The notes under the pieces: model-generated
What the model was told of the DNA's origin: nothing
Databases searched by the model: none
Seen by the model: the letters and a program-made list of their open reading frames with translations, nothing else
Shown: one piece after another, positions 1 to 12,500 of the stretch
How positions within the stretch are numbered: the stretch's first letter is position 1
Layout: each line of letters begins with the position of its first letter
NCBI GenBank assembly: GCA_973895155.1
Contig: OZ316895.1
Coordinates: 14,256,225-14,320,224 of the forward strand
Direction: 5' to 3'
Source: Marsupella aquatica
Lineage: Eukaryota > Plantae > Marchantiophyta
Length of the DNA stretch: 64,000 nt
Position numbers and translations under genes: made by a program

Positions 1-2309
1 AAACGGTGACTAGACGTGGGGATTATAACACATGGCTATTAGATTCTGGGGCTAGGTGGGTAACCTGATCCCGATGGACAAGAGCAAATGTTTTTTGGCC
101 AAAAATTAGTCGCCACTAGATTCCCTGGCTACCAGGTGTGAAACCTGAAACCTACTCACGACTGAAAAATACAAATATTTTTTAGGGAACCCATGTGAAG
201 TTCCTTCCAAAATTCCTGGATGCATACGGAGCCATATCAACATGACTTGTCACAAAAATAAGAATTGTTAGTTACACAAGAAAAACCAAATCTAACTACT
301 CATGTTCTAGGCAAGGCAAGGCAAACAGCTAGACCTTGTAACTGAAAAAACAATGGAAAATTGAAGAGTAAAATAGGGGATGGAATGTGATTGATATATC
401 TGTGTTTTCTGATAATCTATTTTAATTTTCTATTTAATAACACATTTTTTAAATAATGACAAGTAGAAAGAAACTCTTCAAGTACTCTAACATTTACCAA
501 GGTAACATAGAAACCCAATAAAATTTTCAACTTCTCTAACATTTACCAAGGTAATGTAATAAACCCTTTGACTACTATGGTAGGAGTAGCAACCAAACTA
601 TTACGATTAGAAAAATACCAAGGGACTCTAAGACCTTTCAACTACTATAAACAAAGTAATATTTTGCATGAACTATATGGATGGTTACATGTATTCTATG
701 GACATAAAGGCACTAAGGGAAATATTTTGGATGGAGAATTCCCTCAGTATTACCCTGAATGTATGCCTATTTGTTTTCAATGAAATTTTCCTAACAACCT
801 TTGAAATTCACTTCAATTAGAATCCTCTGTTTAGTCTTTGTCCTCTCATCTACCTATTTTAATGTGCAAGACTTCATGGCTCCAAAATAAGCTTCCATAA
901 CCAAGGGTCCTCAAAACTAATTGCCAATTAAAATTGGGGAAAGCCTTCCTGAGGTATATACTAATGTAGACATAGAACTGCACAAGGAACAAAAAGACCA
1001 AACCCCGAGAGAGGATCCAAAGACCAAAAACCCAATAAAGGAAAAAGAAAACAAATGTCAAACAGGGAAAACCTAAGAGCCAAACCACGGGCCAATGTAA
1101 TGTTTACAGGGCTTTGGGGGATAACATGTCCCAGCGAATGAGAGCCTCGAGGAGCTACTATTGCCCTTAATGCTATGGAAACGAGGCCTTTAAACACTTA
1201 AAGGTCTGAGAGATTTATTTTGTCAATTAATTTTTGTAAAATTAAAATCTTCCTAAGACACTGAAGCCAAGATGGACCCCCATCTTGGACTTTGATGGTC
1301 CGTGGAGTTTGGGGCCCATAACTTGATGCTTAGAAGTCCTCGAAATATTTTTTAGTTTTGCATGTGCCAGACAACTAGAGAAGGGCCGGGTAGACAATAT
1401 GTTACTATGATGAATAACTCAACTAATGGTCAGAATTTCACTGTCATTTTGATGCCCGTTTTGATGGAAGTGTAGTGACCTACTCGTGTAGCACATACCC
1501 AAAATTAAAAAGTATCTGAATGTATGGAAATCAAGCTATTACAATTAAAATGAAATTGGGAAATGTGGTCCATAGGGGGGTCAAAGACCAACCTGGATGT
1601 CCATGGGGCTCTCAAAGAGGTGATCCAAACTTGACAGGAGCTTTCTTCTCCAAGAAAGCATTGAAAAATCTCACTAGGAAAGCCCCATGCAAAGTTACGT
1701 TTGAGGGCTATGGTCTAGAGTGAAACCTCTTGACCTTAACTCTCAATAAGGACAAAACTTAAAGTGAAAGTGCACAGAAAAAAGGGATGGAGACAAGATT
1801 GAACAGAATATAATACAGATTTGTTTTTTAGCAGTATGTTTTCTTCTTCATTTCTGTTTACACTCAAGGAACTAATTTCAAAAGAAAAGCCCGGATGGAC
1901 CAACAGTGTCCCTGCCCATCGATCCCCATGGACTGCGTGAAGCGATTGTTGTTTTTACACCAAAAAGAAAAAGGAACCAGTCTAAGATTGCAGTTGACTA
2001 CTTTGTCTACCTTGGGGAGAGAGTAGTCCAGGGAGTAGTCAAAACATCATGGTGATTGTGAGTGATGGCATGATGTCTTTCTGGTTCAAGTCGCCAAGTT
2101 ATTGAGACCAGTTAGGTGATGTAATTGAAACCAGCTGCAAATGGTAAGGAGACCATTTACATGTCAGATTTTAGTAAAAAATGTAGACAATGTTATCCAA
2201 ATCAATTTAAATGTTCTGAGCAAATCTGTCCAAACTTTGTCAGTCCATCTAATATCAGGCTAGTAAATACAATATACAAGGAAAATAAATATCAGGTAGG
2301 GCATGACGG

Positions 2310-2565
2310 TTAATTTTCGCCACTAAAACAAACGCTCTGTGAGAGTCGTTTGTCGACTGGTCCAGTTACTACAAAATACAAAGGAAAAGAAAATCGCGAA
2401 GGGGCATGGAGATTAATTTTCGCCACTAAAACAAACCCTGCTTGAGAGACTTGTTTCGGCTGGTCCAGTAACTACAAAATACAAAGGAAAAAAAAATAGC
2501 GAAGGGCATGGAGATTACTTTTCGCCACTAAAACAAACGCTGCTTGAGAGACTTGTTTCAGCGTC
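2310..2565. repeat. Tandem repeat, ~102-bp unit, about 2.5 copies
   Basis: TTTTCGCCACTAAAACAAAC recurs at ~2315, ~2417 and ~2519. Confidence 0.85.
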
Positions 2566-2619
2566 TCATGTAGACTGGTCCGTCGAGCAGTAAGAGCGGC
2601 GGGCACGCGGAAGAAATGA

Positions 2620-2955
2620 CGCAGGGACTTTGACTCGGTCCTGTGGTTCTCCTTCTTCGTAAAAGGAGGGACCCAGCAGAGAGCAAACTTGCAGTTTCGC
2701 ATTGTGCTGCGAGATCATTAAAAACAACAACGAGCATTTCAGCTTTTTTGGAGTGGTCGCAAGCTAGAGGTTATGCAGTCAGTGAGTTCCGGATGAAGGA
2801 CGCACGGTCTTTGACTCAGTTCGGTAGTTCTCCTTCTTCGTATAAGAAGGGACCCAGCAGAGAGCGAACTTGCAGTTTCGCACTGTGCTGAGAGGTCACT
2901 CATAAACAACAACGAGCATTTCACTCCTCTATTTGAGGTGGTCGCAAGCTAGAGC
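2620..2955. repeat. Tandem duplication, ~180-bp unit, 2 copies
   Basis: CTTTGACTC...GGGACCCAGCAGAGAGC..ACTTGCAGTTTCGCA...GGTCGCAAGCTAGAG occurs twice. Confidence 0.85.
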
Positions 2956-4992
2956 TTATCGAGTAAGTACTTTGGAATCGGAACGCAAGGCGTATATTGG
3001 GAAAGAATGTAACCTGTCTGATTGTCTGCGTCAGTCATCGGCTCCAGTCGACGGTCAACCGAAGATCTTGCTGCGTACAGTAGACTTTTCTGAAGTGTAA
3101 CATACTGTGGTTGAAATTCCACAATACCGGCCGGAAGTTTGGAATGCTGCGCGAGAGCGACTTCAAGGTCGCGAGGCTCAGCTGACTAACCGTATTCCTT
3201 TGTTACTACAGCGCCACACAGCCATTAAATCCTTCGTGAGCACGTCCCGGGTGGAGGTGTGATCCTACAGCAGCAGTGGGAGATTCAATTGCATACGGAG
3301 AAGAGATCCAAGCTGTAATTTGAGGAGCGTTCTGACCAACTGGAAGGGCTTCAATTGTTGAGGTCGAGTCAAATTCAACAATGGCGATGGGCAAGAGGCT
3401 GATCATTCAAGGCTGTGTTGCGGCTGTGTTGTTGCTGCTCTTATGTGTTGCTGCCCCGGCAAGTTTCTACCTCGTCAGTTCTGGTTAGTATATGCATCTC
3501 GTACGTCTCGTTCCCATTGTCGACAGCGATTACGACTAGTACAGACGAATAACCGAGTTGAAATATCACACAGATTACTCAATGCGATCCCTATCTCCAG
3601 AGAGACTTCACGTGCAGGAGTTGAAACTAAGTACATGTCTATTTGAAGAGAGTATCTTTCCCAACTTGTGTCTAGCCGTGTGTGCGCTGTTCACTCCGGT
3701 GATTAAGTACAGTACTTCTTGATAGTGATTCCTCAGTTCTAGAGGTTGTGAAGGCCACTGATACCGAACACGATTGGTTTTCGTTTACGGTCGTCCTCTA
3801 GGACTGAGGAATGATGTATGTAGAACTCTAGAAAAATGGCACATTTTGGTCATCCTCAAAGTGAGCTACTAATGAAAATCAATTTGAAGGAAATTCTTAC
3901 TGGGGATTGGAGTACTCTACGTCGGACATCCCCGGACACCTTGAGTCAATCGATTTTTGAGTAAAAAACACATCGTGGCTCTAAATTAATATCTGGAATC
4001 CTTTCGACTCTTTCGAAAGAGCACAAAAAGTTGTGAATGGCATTTGTTATCAATCATCCTCTATTTGTCGGATCATCAATTTTATGTTGCGCAAATGTAT
4101 GCATACTGCCGAACGAAGGGTGCTTCCAAAAACAAAACGAACAACTTAGAGATGGATGCGCTTGACACACAGCCACTCGGAGCTCATTCACTTTGAATAA
4201 CGCTCGTCCTTGTTTCTTCCAATTGAAGGGAATCAGCTCTGCTTGCCTCGCGTGAGCATCCGATGCCACGAATCCGACTGCGGAAACTATTTCCAGCGCT
4301 GTGGCAGCACTGAACTTGTCGAGGTTCCAGAACACGAAGTTTGCTACCAAGGCGCTCTTCTGCCTTTGACCAGAACTGACCTCCACTCTTGTCGTTCAAC
4401 TACCATCCCCCGCAACTCAAGTCGGCCGCAGGATTATAGGAGGTCGACGACGGGGGTTGGGGCCTGCGATTGCAGTCTTTGCACCTATCCACAGTCCTGC
4501 CAATGCTTGTGCACGGAAGGGCATCGTGTTGAGTCACCGGTCACTTGCCTCAACGAACGTTATCCAAGCCTAGCTACAGCGCTGGCCATGGGAGTGTCTG
4601 CAGGAGATTGCTCCGGGGCTACGAGGCGTCCGATGTGGGAGCTCGCATTGGAAAGTGTACAACGCCACTGCTCCGAACTCTTCACTGTGTCACTGCGAGA
4701 CTTTGCAGCCAGTTTCACTTTCCAGCCGCCTTTGATCATTGATCTCCATGGCGTTTGCCCTTGCTCCATAAGTCCGGCATGCGCGAAGAAATGTTCAGGA
4801 TGAGACAGACTCAGACTCGAGGATTCCCAGCAATTTCCGACAACCAGTTCGCGATTTCCTGCAACTCATAAATACGTGAGAAGGAACATGTCAAGGTTGA
4901 GGAAGACTCGAGACTCAAGGATTTTCAGCAATTTTGGACGAGTACAGGAGGTTGCGGTGTTCTCCGACCTACTTCAGAAAGTTGCCGGATAC

Positions 4993-5537
4993 ACTTACGT
5001 AGTTGATTAAGAAGTATGTGGTAGTTTGTTTCCCGCAAAATACAGTACTTCCTTAGTTGATTACTAAGTACGTGGTAGTTTATCAGGTCCAGTCTACCAA
5101 AGTTGGCCTGCTTGCGTAGTTGAATATGAAGTAGGTGGTAGCTTATTACGTCCAGTTCACAAAAGTACATGTTACTTATATGATTAAGACGTATAAGGTC
5201 GAGTGTACTCAGTACTGTCTTGATAGCTTATGAGGTCCAGCCTATAAATTTAAGTTGGTTTACTTACTTAGTTGATTAGGATGGAGGTGGTAGTTTATAA
5301 GGTCCAGTCTAAAAAAGTTGGCCTACATACTCAGTAGTTGATTAAGAAGTACTCGGTAGCTGATTAGGTTCAGCCTACAAAAGTTGGCCTAGTTACTTAG
5401 TTCATTAGGATGGATGATGTGGTAGTTTACAAGGTAGAGGCTACAAAAGTTGGCCTACATACTCAGTTGATTAAGCAGTTTGTGGGAGTTTATTAGGTCC
5501 AGCCTAAAAAAGTTGGCCTAGTTACTTAGTTGATTAA
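4993..5537. repeat. Minisatellite, ~60-bp unit, about 9 diverged copies
   Basis: Consensus approximately TAGTTGATTAAG..GTGGTAGTTTAT.AGGTCCAGCCTA.AAAAGTTGGCCTA.TTAC. Confidence 0.85.
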
Positions 5538-8500
5538 AGTGAATTATGACAAACTAGCCATATCTTACGGTAATTAATTGCACATCAAAATAATTAATTG
5601 CACATCAAAATATGACATATATTATGTATGACACCCCTGTATACCATGATAATCCTAGTTTTTTTTTTTCAATCAATGAATGTAGCCATATTTTGATGTG
5701 TGATTACCAGCAGGGCATATCTATCTATGTACTGTACTATAACCATGAAACGATTGGTTTGTCCTGGTTGACTAACCGCAGATGGTCCCAACCACTGATC
5801 TTTTTGGTCTCGCTCACACATAAGTTGCAGATATGAAATTCATCAATTATTCCAGTACAGGTGAAAATTGTCGACAGCTCTTACTGTGGATTTTGTGTTG
5901 ACTGTGACTTGACTTCTCCTCCAGTCTCCCATTTGGTAGCTCTTTGCCCACAAGCAGTACCCCTCCATCAACTTCTGCTTTGCCCAATTGATATTCATTT
6001 TGCTCTGGATTGCGAATGAGAGATTGAAGTTGCCTGTCCCCTCGAGAACCTGCGGTTGCCAATTGCTCTGTGGGACTTTGTGCTCTCCCTCATCAGTCTC
6101 TTCCACACTGCTGGACAAGCTCGTCGTCACTGTACGTCACTGTTCCGCTCCAACAGATCGCGTCTGCTGCCCAAGCAGGGGGGGCATCCCCGCATTTGCT
6201 CTACATCCGCCAACTGATGAGTCTGGAGAATTGCAGGGCTCTCTGAATCTGTCAGTAAAGCTTGGTGCCAAGCGGGAACTTGGGGATTATGATTAAAAGG
6301 CATCACTGGAGCCCCACTCTCTTCTTATTCTGACCAGGTGAGCTCGCAGGTGAGCTAATATGCCACAAGGAAATTGGAGTGCTAATGAGTTCCCTGGTAG
6401 GTCCAAGTCATGCATCAAATTTAACCGGTCTCGTGAATTCCTGAGGAAAACTCTAACCCGTTTGGTCTCCTCTTTTGTCTCATGTACTAACAGTCCCAGG
6501 TGCAGTGCAAGGCTTCTCAGCAGAACATTTTGCACAACTTTTCGGAGTCTATGTTTTTTATGACACTCAAACAAAAGTCGCTCTTGCTCACAAATGTGTT
6601 TCCTCACAAAGATGCTGTTGAGAGCAGATATGGGAATAAATCGTAACCTCTTTCTTCACTCACAATTGAAAGGACAGCCTAGGTCAATTTTGGTACCACT
6701 GAAACTAGCTTTTGGTAGGAGACCATTTACAAAACTTAAGCCTCAAGTTTGCAATGGTAGTTTGTAGTTTGCAATGGTAGTATTATTAACACACATCCAC
6801 AGATAATCAAAAGTATAGTGAATCTGTTGTGGGACAAGTCCATCTATAGCCTCACGAGACGCTGGTATTAGGTTTGACAAGATTTGGCAGAAACTAGGAA
6901 AAGTTCTGATGTGGTAAGAAACAAAAGAACCAGATGCACATGTGATCAATCTCCCCAGCTCCTTCCTTAACTAATCCTCAGGCGAGAGATGTATTAATTC
7001 CAAGCTCGCAATCCAGTAGCTGCAAATCACAGGGACAATCATCATATGGCAATTATCCCCCAAAAAGTGATTACTCACCATCAGCACAAAAACCGAACAG
7101 CCTCTGCCGGCCTTGAGACCAGTGCTGCCCAGGGACCTGACATTGTCCACTCACCTGATGAGGAAAGTCACCACCGAACACGAAGAGAGCAAAGAGAGGA
7201 TTGACAGGAGAAGAAGTGGACCAAAGCAACAAGCACAGGGAGACAAAACAACCAAAGAAGCAAGAGAAATTCATAAATTAAAATTTGCTGGCCTGTAATT
7301 GCATCCCTTTGGAAAATCCCAAGTGAATTTAATTATCAGGGAGTCACCACTCCAAAACTCATGCGTGGGGTCCCAAGTAAGTAAACACCACTCTGGACGA
7401 ACATGTCACAAATTATATCCTGACACCAGTTAGAGCTTGACACCAGTACAACAAGTACAGGAATGGTGCAGCTTCATGGGCAACGTGAATGGGCTCTCTC
7501 TAAGCGCAAACACCAAAAGCTCAAAATTTCGTTTGAAGCAAGGCATCTTGTTCTTCTTTATTTAACACTGAGTTTGCACTTTTTTTTTTCATCTTTTCTA
7601 AGCATCAACAGGTCTGGAATCATTTCACTACATCGCAAGGGGAAAACTTTCAACAAGTACATTTTGGACTCTATGAAGAAGGGCATGCAGTTATCAGTAA
7701 GCTACAATCCAATCAAAGCATTTGTTATAAGGTCTCACCTTTCTTACCAGAGTAAAAATGCACTTATGCAGTGGAACACCTACTTTAGAGCAGGGATGTA
7801 CAGTACAATTTGTGGTAAGAGTCACGAGACTGCTCACTGACACGAGTCACTCACCTATAAGTGCAAATAATATTTGCACTTATCCAGGAATGCAAAAACT
7901 GGTTTACTGCACATGGTATCTCTCGTCTCAACAGTGTGTACGAATGTGTTTGTTAACTCTCCTTTTGGCCAGTGTGGCCAATACAAGCCTCTAGGAACCA
8001 GAAGATGCTAGGAATATTTGCTGTCTGTTTTTTCTAAAGTATTTCTTGGCCATTAGATCTTCCTAGACTTACAAATGACAGTCAATTTCTGGCGAATGGG
8101 GTGTGTCACCAGGTGAGAAATTGACAAATGGGATACAAACTATCTCACTAATTAATGAACAGGTAGAAGTTGGCGAAATTTTTGCATCTAAAAAACTAAG
8201 CTAATGTGCACTTCGAGAGGGTTCACTGTATAAATCATTAAAATCATTGTACACGCGACAACTATTCGTGCCCCGTGGTGTACGAGAGAGCCAAGCCAGG
8301 TGTCCTATTTTGGGGTCAGTTCAGTCACAGTGAGATTCTCGACCACAGACTCCTCTGGACACTTGTTGATTGGTCATTCGAGCCCGTCTGTTGAGGGGCG
8401 CTACGGACCGCAGCACGGCATATCCGACGCCCCACGACCGGCCGCCGGCGCGGCGACCGCAGCTCCGGTGGGGACACTTCCGGTGAGGGATAACGAAGCG

Positions 8501-9058
8501 GCCCCGCAGGCACTTCGCCTTCCGGTCCCGGAGAAACAGGAACTCTTCCCGGGATCCTCCTTTCTCGACGTCCGGCATTCCCCGGCGAGTGCGCTTGTCG
8601 GGAAACGAGCGCTCTTCTCTGCTCTGCTCTTTGCTCTGCTCTTCGCTTAAATTCGAAGTTGGGAACGAAGGATTGTGAAACGAGAGCTCGATGGCAGCCT
8701 GGATCACCGAGACCATCAATGCCCACCTTCAATCCCCATCTTCTGCTTCTTCCTCTTCTTCGCCATTCGGTTCCGAGCTCCTTCGCCCGCTTTCGGGCTA
8801 GAAGCTAGTGACGATCTGTCGTGGTGGAAACGAAGGAGGAGGCGATCGAAGTGTCGAATTTCGCTTCTTGCGTGGAGTTCGGTCCTGTCCGGCCAGAGGT
8901 TCGACAGGTACGAGAGTAGGAGGAGCTCCCGCATTTCACTACTCAGTGCTTCGATGCTGTGTTGAAATGAGCATTGTGATTGTCGGCTGTGTGATGGGTT
9001 GACTAGTGTCTTTGAGTCTGAACGATGTGTTTGATTTCGCCAGGTTTGTTTCTGAGGC

Positions 9059-9072
9059 GAGAGAGAGAGAGA
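9059..9072 (+). promoter_or_regulatory. (GA)n tract in the SPS 5' leader (possible BBR/BPC site)
   Basis: GAGAGAGAGAGAGA ~510 bp upstream of the ATG, next to a CpG-rich region at 8300-8950. Confidence 0.35.
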
Positions 9073-9580
9073 AAGGGTTGGAGTGGAGGAAAATTGTGTA
9101 GCGAGGCTTTGGGAGGTCGGGGAATTTGATGTGTTCCGTGATTCGGGATTTTGTGCCGTGTGAAGAGGGAGAGAGTGCGTTTATTCAGTCCCCTGTTTTG
9201 GTGTGAGTTCTTCTTCGTTCAATGCAATCCGTCTCCGCATTCCGGATTTCATGTCCGATGTTTGTGTGACTCTGATCTTGTGAACTCCGTCGTCCGTGAG
9301 ATGGATTGCACTGCTGGGAGCTTCTGTGTTTTCAAAATTGAGTCGAGTTTTTTCTGGGTTTACTTTCATGCATGCGCTGGGACTCGGAAACTAGCGTATA
9401 CTGATTAGTCTGTCTGTTTAAAGGAGCAGCTGCTGTGTTGTGCGGTGGCGTTAGTGTAAAATACATCTAAAGCCTGCCGAGTGGATCTAACGGCGAGCAA
9501 GATCACTTCCCCCGGTTACTGTCCCAAAGAGACAGAGAACACTCTTGACAAGCTCTGGAATTCATTATTAAGCAGTCACG

Positions 9581-12500
9581 ATGGCGGGGAACGAGTGGGT
9601 TGGCTCCTATTTAGATGCAATTCTTGATAGTGGAGCTGGTACAGACGATATAAGTCGAACGGCCACTGCGATTGGAGCAGACAGGGAGGCCTTAACTGCG
9701 GCAAAGTATTTTGTGAACGAAGTAACTGGGCACGACGACGCTGCTCTATACCGCACCTGGGTCAAGGTACTGTGCTCCGAAGATCAAATATGTTCTCGAG
9801 GGAGTAAGAGAATGGGAGGCACTCCTGTTGTTCCTCAGTTTCAGTGTCCATACCATTCCTGGAGGTTTAATGGAAGATTACTGAATGGGTCCGCTGTTTA
9901 TGGAGAGGGCTATGTTTTTGGCAGAAGTTTTTATTTTTCTCTGTCGAAGTAATCAATGGACTGGACATCATCACCAGAGAGCGAAGAGTCTTTCACGCTT
10001 CTTAATTCTAGGTCGATTTCCTAGGCGTTGCTCACTTTCCGCTAGTCGAGACTGACCATTGTTTTCGATCTAAATTTTCAATTCTGGTTTCTATTTTGTG
10101 GCAGGCATCTGCCACTAAGTACCCTCAAGAACGGGGCAGTAGAATGGAATATTTGTGCTGGAGGATATGGCACATTGCACGAAAAAAAAAGCAGGTCAGT
10201 TCCCAGTCTTGCTATGTTACACGAGAGTCTGATCCGTGATTTACTGTGTCTATGACTCAGAGAGGTCCCGTGCGTTTGTGCTTCACTGGAGAGTTGGATA
10301 GGATAGGTGACGAAGTTGGCCTACCGTTCCTTTCCTTTTCACTTGAGAGCTTCGATATTTCCTTGGGGGACTTGTTGGTCTATCAAACAGTCGACCTCGT
10401 CAAGAGGTCTGCATTTCCGTTCAGGAGATGCTGCTGTATCTCTTGCAATTCAATTACTTGCTGAATTGGTTCGGGGGAGGTATCTCTGACATGACTTGAA
10501 AAAACAGTCCCATTCCTGTATTTTCAGCTCTCATCTAGCAGCAAATTGATGGACTACGTGCTTTGGAAGTTGGTCTTTGTAATTTGAGTCGTTCAGGTTA
10601 TGATTTTCGATAACAGGACCCGGTCAAAGCAGCGGTTGTGTCGGTTGCTACATTTGGACTGGTATTCTTAAGCTTAGGATTTTTCCGTGGAAGAACCACT
10701 TCTATGTGTTTGCCATTCTATGGTTCACACTCAAGTCAGAATTTTGTGAGATCACTGCAAAGGCTGATAAATGCAAACAGGCAAGATTTGTGACAAGCGT
10801 GGTTTGCAATACAGATGGAATGGGAGTATGCACAGAGATTAGCCCGTCGTCATGTTGAGCGGCAAAGGGGCCAGAAAGAGGTGGCTGACGAGATGTCCTG
10901 CGAAGATCTCTCAGAAGGTGAAAAGGAGACGCCTGTCACTAATGTACCAGAATTGGCTACTATAGTGGAAGGTCCGGAAGGCCCTTCGAAGGCTCCGACT
11001 CAGGTCAAAGAAAAGCGATTGTATATGGTACTGATTAGGTGAGAAGACCAATATTCTTTGTTCCTCTTACCTTGCACTTGAGTTTGTCAACCACTTTCCA
11101 GATGCGAGTCGTTTTAATTTTTGGTTTCAGCTCAGGAAAAGCTATGGAAGACCATTGAGCAAAGGTTTTGATGTCCAATGCTGATTACAGTAATGTTTGG
11201 GATGGTGCGTTGATTTGGTTTAAGTACGTTGATGTCTCTTCTAGTCAAGGTTGTTCTGATTGTTCCATCCATGATTCCCACCAAGAGAAACTCGATGCAT
11301 TTTCATCTCAAGAAAAGTTGCTTCAGGTCATTTAGTGTCCCAGTTTTGTTCCCCCATGTTTGATATTGTCGCGTTGTCGACAACGTGGTGAAACGTTTCC
11401 AATTATACGCTACGCCCACTCAGGATTGTACTGCCACAGATGTTGTGAGCTGGTGGTAGATTGATAGTGTACCGCCATCAGGCTGCTTTCTTGCCCGAAT
11501 GTCATCTTAAAGAAAGGAAGAGGATTATATATGAATGATGCTACGTCTTGCTTTGTGCAGCTAGTATTTTGTATTTTGGTATAGCGTCTAACCTAGTCCT
11601 AACCGAAATTATGCAGCTTGCATGGCTTGGTTCGAGGTGAAAATATGGAGCTAGGCCGTGATTCGGACACCGGTGGGCAGGTAATTGCTTCAATTTTCTT
11701 ACTTCACTGATGTCCTTGCGTGATGTTTACCTTGCTCTGCTTGTTATACCATTATTGTAGTTTCGAGGAAACTAGGGTAAACAACTCATCTGCAATTGGA
11801 TTTGAAATGCTTAAGTAGATTAATCCCTGAGCATGCTATGAATTTCCTGCAAAGAGGAGTGATTTTGTGCACTGGATAAATTCACAGGTGAAGTACGTCG
11901 TAGAGCTTGCAAAGGCACTGGCATTGATGCCGGAGGTGTACCGTGTAGATTTGTTAACTCGTCAAATCTGTGACCCCAACGTGGACTGGAGTTATGGAGA
12001 ACCCACTGAAATGCTTACAGCTCCCGCTTATGATGAGGACGGAGAGTCAGGAGAGAGCAGTGGAGCTTACATTGTTCGCATCCCTTTCGGCCCCAGAGAC
12101 CGGTACATTCGCAAAGAGCTGCTCTGGCCTCACATTCAGGAATTTGTGGATGGGGCGCTGGCTCACATTTTGAACATGGCCAAAGTTCTGGGTGAGCAGA
12201 TTAGTGGTGGGGATTCAGTGTGGCCTCATGTCATTCATGGTCACTATGCCGATGCAGGAGACAGTGCATCTCTTCTGTCCGGTGCTCTAGACGTTCCCAT
12301 GGTCCTTACGGGACACTCACTGGGCCGCAACAAATTGGAGCAGCTTCTCAAAGGGCGAGAGTCCAGAGACCACATCAACCACAACTACAAAATCATGCGC
12401 CGCATAGAGGCTGAGGAGTTGTCTCTGGATGCTGCGGAACTCGTCATTACGAGCACGAGGCAAGAAATTGAAGAACAGTGGGGTCTCTATGATGGATTTA

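Noticed and set aside
3211-3360. Reading frame with an in-frame TGA suggesting selenocysteine
   Set aside because: No selenoprotein motif or SECIS is visible, and land plants lack the Sec machinery.
4993-5537. Regularly spaced repeats resembling a CRISPR array (also 52495-53075, 56765-57147, 63039-63790)
   Set aside because: Whole units repeat with no unique spacers, there are no cas genes, and the context is eukaryotic. These are ordinary minisatellites.
8300-9002. Overlapping ORFs of 64-135 aa on both strands
   Set aside because: Expected by chance in the GC-rich SPS promoter/leader. No recognisable family.
9301-9408. uORF MDCTAGSFCVFKIESSFFWVYFH... as a sucrose-sensing (bZIP S1-type) peptide
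   Set aside because: The resemblance is only compositional and the conserved SC-uORF residues are not matched. It may also be intronic.
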